The position numbers and the translations under genes were made by a program. From positions 13,892 through 77,891 of the forward strand of contig CAMTVK010000019.1 in assembly GCA_947085185.1 (NCBI GenBank): DNA of 64,000 nt, read 5' to 3'. Position 1 is the first letter of the stretch. Each line of letters starts with the position of its first letter. The notes below the pieces were generated by a model, which saw only the letters and a list, made by a program, of their open reading frames with translations, searched no databases and was not told where the DNA came from. The DNA is from Candidatus Fraserbacteria bacterium. Lineage in GTDB: Bacteria; Bipolaricaulota; Bipolaricaulia; RBG-16-55-9; DRXL01. Below, piece after piece: positions 57,470 to 64,000 of the stretch.

Positions 57470-60400
57470 ATGGGGAATCGTATCGTAAAGCTCTTGCTCT
57501 ATCTTGTGATCGGGGTGGTGGTGACGGCCAGCTCTCAAGAGCGACCTCCCCATGAAGAGACGCTCTCGGTGAGTTACTCCGGCGAACTAGGGTGGACGAT
57601 CAAGTATGGTCTGGGGGACTCGCGCGAGCTCTCCCGACGCGGCTATGCCAATCAAGTGCTCTTCGAGCAATATGTCGCGCTGACGCTGGATGCTGGAGTC
57701 CAAGTGGACTGGCCCATCTCTGGGGTTTTGCGCGTCAGTGCCCAACTGGACAACCGCAAAGCCAATAACTTACAGAGCTTCAAGATGGGGTACAAAGCCC
57801 AGGCTCTTGAGGCCGCGTTTGAAGATTTCTCGATGCGGGCGGGCAGCTCCGACTTTGTCGCCACAGAGAGACTGCTCAAGGGGCTGCGCTTTAGCTGGGA
57901 TATCTCAGACACTATGAAGCTCTCCGGGAAATTCGCGCGTGTGGAAGGGATCTCCGAGTCGCGCATCTTTCGCGGCAACACCAGCCGACAGACCGTGGAA
58001 TTCACTCAACAAGACCCAGCTGCACCTTGGCTCGAAGCCCCCTATCAGACAAATCTGAAAGGGCTCGAATACTTTCAGCTCCACAGCTACGTCCCCGGTT
58101 TCACGACCGTCTCGATGCGCTTTGCGCTGACGCCGCAGCTGCGCGCCCTGCTCACCAATTACGGCTTAGACTATCTCATCGAGACTATTGAGAACGATCC
58201 CGAGCCGGAGCTCGATGCGACGCTCTATGATGTCATAAGCGAGAACGGCTCGAACTTTCTTGTGCTCAAGCGCCCAGCCCTAGAGATATTGCGCGATCAG
58301 ATCCGCACATACATTGAAGACTACAACGATGAGCATAATCTCTTCGATGAGAACGCCAAAGAATATCCCCTCGGCGAAGGGACCGACTACGAACAGAGCT
58401 TTCTGAAGAGCGTGAGCAAGCTTGTCGCGCTGACGACCTCCGATGAGGCGTTCCCTCTCGATAGCGCCAAGCGCGGACGCTTCTTCTCTCTGGGGCGCGA
58501 GAGCGTCAAAGAAGAGACGTTGAAGCTCGAGATCAAGCGCCAAGGGAGCTATATTCAGATTCCCGATCCCGATCTGCCTCAATTTCAGTTCACACTCTTT
58601 GCCGAGCAAGGGATTGTGGCGCTCGATTTCCCCGAAGAGTTTTTCGCCAACCCCCAAAGCGCTGTACGCATCACGTTCGACTACACCGTGCCGGGGGGCT
58701 TATATGTGCTGGGGCTGGCTGTCTTACAGAACAGCGAACGCGTCTATATCAAGCGCGAAGGCGAACAAGAGTATAAATTATTGCGACGCGATCAAGACTA
58801 TCAGATAGACTACGAGACCGGAGCACTGTTGCTCTTGCCCCCTTATGATGTGCTCGGCGACAAAGACGAGCTGAAGATCGAATACGAGCTGATGCGAGGC
58901 GGTCTGGGGGGCTTCGCTGAGCATCAGCGCGTCTTCACGGGGCTTTCGTACCAATGGACGCCATGGCCGTCCTTGAAGATCTCTCTCGATGCGCTGCGCG
59001 CCTTTGATACCCCCGCATCTGCCGAGAACCGGGATCGCCTGCGCACCATGCCCAATACCCATTCGGTCTTGGGAATGGCCGCTCAACTGAACTTGGGCGA
59101 TCTCCAAGCTGATCTCAAACTCGGCTACACTGAGAATATCTTCCCTACGGTGCCGTTCAGTGGCGCCAAAGCGTATCACACCAACGAGAGACTCAACCAA
59201 CGCAATCGCATTAACGTCATTGCGGGGGTCACGTTTGAAGGGCGGCGGGTGACGTTGATTGGGCATCAGAACGGGTTGCTCGTCTACGACGGCTCGCGCT
59301 GGCAGAGCTTCACCACGGCCCAGGGGCTATCCGGGCGCGGGGTGCGTGCCATCGCGGTGACGAGAAATACTGTGCTTGTGGCCACGGACTCCGGACTCTC
59401 GATGGTGAAGCTCGAGCCGGGACGCCCCGTGCTCGAAAGCTTCGCCAAGCCCATCAATTGGAGGCGTTTTTATAGCTTAGACGGCCTGCCCCATAACGAG
59501 ACGTACGATCTCTTGATTGACCGATCGGGCACAGTATGGGTGGGCACCAAGGAGGGTCTGGCTCGTGTCCCATTCGCTCAGATCACCGAGAAGACTGCCT
59601 GGAAGACCCTCAAAAAGAGCGCTATCTCGGGGTTGCGCAGCGATCTCATCACGAAGATCCTCAGCGATGGGACACGGCTCTATCTTGGCACAGATAAAGG
59701 GCTCGTGCTCTACGAGCCTGAGACGGGGCGCTCCGTCGAAGTCGCGGAGCTGCGCGGCCAAGTTATTCGAGATCTCGCGCTGTCGGGGACGACGGTCTAC
59801 GTTGCGACCGACCGTGGGATCTATGAGCTGACGGATGGTTTTGAGGTGGGCTGGCGCGTCAAAGACTTAAAAGTCTATGCGCTCGCCGTGCAGGGCACAG
59901 AGTTATGGTACGGCACGGAGATCGGGCTCTTTCGCTTGAGCTCTGATGTCCCTGTCATTCAAGAGTATGCAATCACTGCGATCGAGAAGAACGCCCGTGC
60001 GGAGCATCTGTGGGTTGGCCCGCGCGCTTCATCTACATTTGAGATGCCCTTGTGGAAGATTGATCCTTCCGGGAGCGTGAAAACATACTCTCAAGCCGAG
60101 ACACGCTTGAACGGACGAGATGAGTTTCGCTTTGAAGATATATCTCCTGACAAGAACACCGATCATGGCTGGCTGGCGCAGCTCTCGGCACAGTACAAGA
60201 TAGGCGCGTTAGAGCTCAGGGCACTGCTCGAGCGCATCACCCCGGAATTTCTCGCTATCGGTCAGGAGAGCCGCCAAGACGCACAACGCCTGACGCTCAG
60301 CGCCCAATGGCCCCTCTCGCCGACTCTGTCGCTCTCAGGCGATCACGTGATGAGCGTAGCGGGGGGCTGGCGCACCTTCGTCATGACCGATACCGTGCGT

Positions 60401-61594
60401 GCTCAGTGGACTCCTTGGGCCGGCGGCCCTCGGCTCAGCGGGACGCTCGCGCTGGAGCTCACCGACCGAGATCTCTCCGATCGCGCTACCGGATTCGATA
60501 TGACGAAGATCACTCTCACCTTCAAGGGCGATCACAAGATAGTCGGGTTCTTGCCCTTCACGCAAGAGCTCACGGTCGGGGCGACTTATGACGGCCTTTT
60601 GACGCTGGCGCGCCTGGGGCGCTCGCTGCTGGACTCCAAAGTAGGGCTGAATATCGGGCTGGCCCTCACTCCCAGCCTCAAGCTGCGCGGCTCGCTCACG
60701 GGGGCGCAGCGCCTCCCTGGAGACTCCGATCTCACTTACACCCTCGGCGGCGACTGGCAGTATACTCTGAACTTTGGGCAGCTCACGACAAGCTATACCC
60801 AGACGACGCGCCTGCGCGGTGGGCGCGGCTCGTTCGACGAGAGCGCTTCAGTCAATCTGCGCCTTAGCGACTTTACGCTCGCTGACGTCAAGCTCTCCCC
60901 AACGCTCACTCTCTCAGGGCGGCGCACGGCGCTTCTGGGCAGTACGCCCCCCAGCGGGACGCTCACGCTCTCTTTCGAAGGGCGCGCCCTCGGCCAATGG
61001 CAGGCGCTCTCCGGATCGCTCCTCACTCGGATGTCGCTCTCGTCAGACGTGCGCACATCCCGAGACTCGCTCAAACAAGAGTTCACGGGCTCGTTCGCCT
61101 GGGCGCTCAGCCCGCAGCTTGCGCCACGGGTCGAGCTGGGGCTGGTGCTGGATACGCTGAGCCATCCGACGCTGGGGCGCAAGCAGACGCTCCGACCGCG
61201 CGCCAGACTCTCGGTAGATTGGACCCCCCAAAGTCTCTGGAAGACCAGCGCTGATCTGTTCTGGCAGATGACCCTCAGCGAGCGCGAGCGCACCAGCACG
61301 TATGAGATCGGAAGTCGAGCTTCGTGGGACCCACTTGATGAGCTCTCGCTGAGCCTAGACGCCCGAGTATCGCTCGATACGCGCCTGCGCGATACCAAGC
61401 CCCTAAGCGCGACGACCTGGGAGGTGACGCTCCAGGGCGACTACGAACTTGGCACATTCTGCGCTCCCACCCTTGAGGGCAGCGATTGCACATTTTCGGC
61501 TCTGCTGGGGTATTCAGGTCGGCTGGACCAAGGGGTCGCTGTGCCCTTCGGACAAGGGCTCTTTCTCCGAGCTCAGCTGGGCTTGAACTTCTAA
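57470..61594 (+). CDS. Very large outer-membrane barrel-like protein with SprA-like motifs and internal beta-propeller
   Basis: Signal peptide; VLQNSERVYI...LRRDQDYQIDYETGAL; propeller repeats (FTTAQGLSG, DGLPHNE...WVGTKEGL); long amphipathic C-terminal region ending LGLNF. Confidence 0.65.
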   Translation: MGNRIVKLLLYLVIGVVVTASSQERPPHEETLSVSYSGELGWTIKYGLGDSRELSRRGYANQVLFEQYVALTLDAGVQVDWPISGVLRVSAQLDNRKANNLQSFKMGYKAQALEAAFEDFSMRAGSSDFVATERLLKGLRFSWDISDTMKLSGKFARVEGISESRIFRGNTSRQTVEFTQQDPAAPWLEAPYQTNLKGLEYFQLHSYVPGFTTVSMRFALTPQLRALLTNYGLDYLIETIENDPEPELDATLYDVISENGSNFLVLKRPALEILRDQIRTYIEDYNDEHNLFDENAKEYPLGEGTDYEQSFLKSVSKLVALTTSDEAFPLDSAKRGRFFSLGRESVKEETLKLEIKRQGSYIQIPDPDLPQFQFTLFAEQGIVALDFPEEFFANPQSAVRITFDYTVPGGLYVLGLAVLQNSERVYIKREGEQEYKLLRRDQDYQIDYETGALLLLPPYDVLGDKDELKIEYELMRGGLGGFAEHQRVFTGLSYQWTPWPSLKISLDALRAFDTPASAENRDRLRTMPNTHSVLGMAAQLNLGDLQADLKLGYTENIFPTVPFSGAKAYHTNERLNQRNRINVIAGVTFEGRRVTLIGHQNGLLVYDGSRWQSFTTAQGLSGRGVRAIAVTRNTVLVATDSGLSMVKLEPGRPVLESFAKPINWRRFYSLDGLPHNETYDLLIDRSGTVWVGTKEGLARVPFAQITEKTAWKTLKKSAISGLRSDLITKILSDGTRLYLGTDKGLVLYEPETGRSVEVAELRGQVIRDLALSGTTVYVATDRGIYELTDGFEVGWRVKDLKVYALAVQGTELWYGTEIGLFRLSSDVPVIQEYAITAIEKNARAEHLWVGPRASSTFEMPLWKIDPSGSVKTYSQAETRLNGRDEFRFEDISPDKNTDHGWLAQLSAQYKIGALELRALLERITPEFLAIGQESRQDAQRLTLSAQWPLSPTLSLSGDHVMSVAGGWRTFVMTDTVRAQWTPWAGGPRLSGTLALELTDRDLSDRATGFDMTKITLTFKGDHKIVGFLPFTQELTVGATYDGLLTLARLGRSLLDSKVGLNIGLALTPSLKLRGSLTGAQRLPGDSDLTYTLGGDWQYTLNFGQLTTSYTQTTRLRGGRGSFDESASVNLRLSDFTLADVKLSPTLTLSGRRTALLGSTPPSGTLTLSFEGRALGQWQALSGSLLTRMSLSSDVRTSRDSLKQEFTGSFAWALSPQLAPRVELGLVLDTLSHPTLGRKQTLRPRARLSVDWTPQSLWKTSADLFWQMTLSERERTSTYEIGSRASWDPLDELSLSLDARVSLDTRLRDTKPLSATTWEVTLQGDYELGTFCAPTLEGSDCTFSALLGYSGRLDQGVAVPFGQGLFLRAQLGLNF

Positions 61595-61596
61595 GT

Positions 61597-62715
61597 ATGT
61601 CGTTTGTGAGCTTAGTGTTGAAGAATCTGTGGCGCCAGAAGGTGCGCAGTCTCTTGGCGATCGCCGGGATCAGCTTGGGGATCGCGACTATGATCGCGTT
61701 GGGGGCGATCGCCGACGGCCTAGAGTATAGCTTAATCGCGACGCTGCGCTCGGGGAGAGCAGACTTCTCTATTGGGCAAGCCCACGCCCCCATGATCGTG
61801 CTCAGCTCGGTCCCTGAGGCGCGACTCTATGAGATCCAGCGCTGGCCGGAGATCCAACAAGCCGTTGGGGCGCTCGTGACGTTCGCGAGCTTCCCTGGGA
61901 ACCCGTATTTCTTAGCGATCGGCATCGAGCCCGATGCGTTCGAGCTGGGCGGCGTCATTCTCTTAGAAGGGCGCGCGTTCTCCCAGTACGCCGAAGACGA
62001 AGTGCTCCTAGGGAAGAGCGCCGCGAACACCCTCAAACTAAAGCCCGGCGACGCCATCGAGATCGACCGAAAGACTTTTCAGGTCGTTGGGATCTACGAG
62101 ACGGGCAATCTCCTCGAAGACGGCGGCGCGTTGTTCCCCTTGCGAACGCTTCAGAACCTCAAGAATCGCCCTGCGGAGCTCACGGTCATTCTCGTGCGCG
62201 TGCGGGAGGGCTTCGCCATCGAAGACGTGATGGCTCGGGTCGAGCGCGAGTATGGGGGCGCGCTCATCACGCTGCGTTCTGCTGCAGAGTTTCATAAAAA
62301 CTATCAGAGTTTGAGCTTGGTGCGCGCGGGCACTTGGCTGATTGCGCTCTTGGCGCTGGTGATCGGCGGGATCGGCGTGATGAACACGATGATCATGTCT
62401 GTTTTTGAGCGCACGCGCGAGATCGGGATTCTTCGAGCCGTGGGCTGGCGGCGCGTGCGCGTCTTGCAGCTCATCTTGGGGGAATCGCTCTTGTTGGGGG
62501 GCATCGCAGCGCTTGTCGGGACGCTGCTGGGCTGGGGAGCCGCGCGCGCCGTGACGCTCCTGCCTCAAGTACGCGGGCTGATCGGTCCGCTCTACACGCC
62601 CGATCTGTTCGCCAAGGCCCTGCTCATCGCGCTCATTGTTGGGCTGGTGGGTGGACTCTACCCAGCCTATCGCGCTGCGAAGATCTCCCCACAAGAAGCG
62701 TTACGCTATGAGTGA
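61597..62715 (+). CDS. MacB/FtsX-family ABC permease
   Basis: KNLWRQKVRS, GVMNTMIMSVFERTREIGILRAVGW, YPAYRAAK. Confidence 0.92.
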   Translation: MSFVSLVLKNLWRQKVRSLLAIAGISLGIATMIALGAIADGLEYSLIATLRSGRADFSIGQAHAPMIVLSSVPEARLYEIQRWPEIQQAVGALVTFASFPGNPYFLAIGIEPDAFELGGVILLEGRAFSQYAEDEVLLGKSAANTLKLKPGDAIEIDRKTFQVVGIYETGNLLEDGGALFPLRTLQNLKNRPAELTVILVRVREGFAIEDVMARVEREYGGALITLRSAAEFHKNYQSLSLVRAGTWLIALLALVIGGIGVMNTMIMSVFERTREIGILRAVGWRRVRVLQLILGESLLLGGIAALVGTLLGWGAARAVTLLPQVRGLIGPLYTPDLFAKALLIALIVGLVGGLYPAYRAAKISPQEALRYE

Positions 62716-63388
62716 ACAGATGGTCATCGCGCGCGACCTTGTGAAGACCTACGAAGGCGGGCGCATCCGCGCCCTCGACGGCGTCAGCTTAGAGATCTTC
62801 TCGGGAGAGTTTGTGGCGATCTGCGGCCCGTCGGGATCGGGCAAGAGCACGCTTCTTCATCTGCTTGGGGCTCTCGATAGCCCCGACTCGGGAGAGCTCT
62901 GGGTTGCAGGGGAAGACCTCGCTCACAGTCGCGGGGACTTGGCGCGCTTCCGCGCGCGCAAGGTCGGATTTATCTTTCAGCTGCATAATCTCATACCGTC
63001 GCTGACGGCGCTCGAAAATCTCTTGATCCCGACGCTTGAGCTCAATCACTCGCGCCGCGACGCCCACGCGCGCGCTCACAGACTCCTAGAGCGTGTGGGG
63101 CTGGCGGACAAAGCCCACCGGCGTCCTCCAGAGCTTTCGGGAGGTGAGAGACAGCGCGTCGCTGTCGCCCGAGCCCTCGTCAATGATCCTGCACTTGTGC
63201 TCGCCGACGAACCCACAGGGAGTCTCGACTCAAAGACAGAAAAACACGTGCTCGATCTACTGAAAGAGCTGCGTGCCGAGCGTGATGTCACCCTGATCTT
63301 AGTGACGCACGACCCGCGGGTCGCTCAGCACGCCGATCGCGTCCTTGAGCTTTGGGACGGTCGGATCAAAGCCCCAGTTGTCTCTTAA
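62708..63388 (+). CDS. LolD/MacB-type ABC ATP-binding protein
   Basis: [27 protein letters not shown]. Confidence 0.93.
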   Translation: MSEQMVIARDLVKTYEGGRIRALDGVSLEIFSGEFVAICGPSGSGKSTLLHLLGALDSPDSGELWVAGEDLAHSRGDLARFRARKVGFIFQLHNLIPSLTALENLLIPTLELNHSRRDAHARAHRLLERVGLADKAHRRPPELSGGERQRVAVARALVNDPALVLADEPTGSLDSKTEKHVLDLLKELRAERDVTLILVTHDPRVAQHADRVLELWDGRIKAPVVS

Positions 63389-64000
63389 GGATCTTTTCGA
63401 AGACCCCTTCAGGCAGGAGCCTGCGCAAGGGCAAGACCGTACGGGCGTCGCGCCCCACGGGATAGCGCAGCTTGGGATTGGGATTCTTTATCGCGCGATA
63501 GATCGTCTCGGCGACTCGCTCTGGAGGCGCCGCACGAGAGATTCTGCGCAGGCGTCGGCCGCTGGCTTGCTTGAAGATCGCATAAGGAGAGCTCTCATTC
63601 TGGGCGGCTTGGGCCAGTTGCACGTTCTCCTGAAAATTCGTAGCGATAAACCCTGGCTCAATCAGAATGACTTTGATATTCCAAGGAGCCAGCTCGTAGC
63701 GTAGCGTCTCCGTTAGCCCCTCGAGAGCGAACTTGCTCGCCGTGTACGGCCCAGAGAAGGGGATGGCCATTCTGCCCAAGACCGAACTGATATTGACGAT
63801 CGCGCCCGATCTGCGCGTGCGCATGTGGGGAAGCACAGCGTGCGTGACGCGAATGACCCCGAAGAAATTCGTCTCAAACTGCCTCTTCCATTCGTCGAGG
63901 GAGACCTCTTCAACGGCGCCGTGCAGCCCATAGCCAGCGTTGTTAACGAGCACGTCAATCCGCCCGCTCTTTTGAAGAACCTTCTCGACGGCTCTCTGCA
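63366..64000 (-). CDS. SDR oxidoreductase, C-terminal part (start beyond right edge)
   Basis: LVNNAGYG, ISS, YTASK, IEPG. Confidence 0.88.
   Translation of the reverse strand, partial: QRAVEKVLQKSGRIDVLVNNAGYGLHGAVEEVSLDEWKRQFETNFFGVIRVTHAVLPHMRTRRSGAIVNISSVLGRMAIPFSGPYTASKFALEGLTETLRYELAPWNIKVILIEPGFIATNFQENVQLAQAAQNESSPYAIFKQASGRRLRRISRAAPPERVAETIYRAIKNPNPKLRYPVGRDARTVLPLRRLLPEGVFEKILKRQLGL

Overview
GC-rich bacterial chromosome window. Protein styles suggest a deep-branching diderm thermophile such as Bipolaricaulota/Acetothermia; this is inference, not tested. Housekeeping content: reduced dcw cluster (ftsW-murG-murC-murB-ftsQ-ftsA-ftsZ), lspA-tmk-dnaN, mutS2, infC-rpmI-rplT, smpB, hutU, cspA, HU, an ARC/Mpa-type proteasome ATPase, several ABC transporters and three tRNAs. 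Main highlights: (1) a compact T9SS-like locus (subtilase with C-terminal sorting-like domain, PorV-like barrel, SprA-like giant barrel, MacB-type ABC pair; 54385-63388); (2) a c-di-GMP-I riboswitch-led, chaperone-usher-like surface cluster with an RHH-MshEN fusion regulator (37394-43718); (3) an IS481-remnant-bounded pair of a Cys-rich-tailed secreted precursor and a zinc metalloprotease (13070-16239); (4) a DUF433/PIN toxin-antitoxin pair between two identical 41-bp WD40-gene 3' ends; (5) an identical 27-bp motif 7 bp upstream of TTGACA at two unrelated promoters. No CRISPR array or rRNA gene seen. All family calls are from motif recognition by eye; no database search was run.
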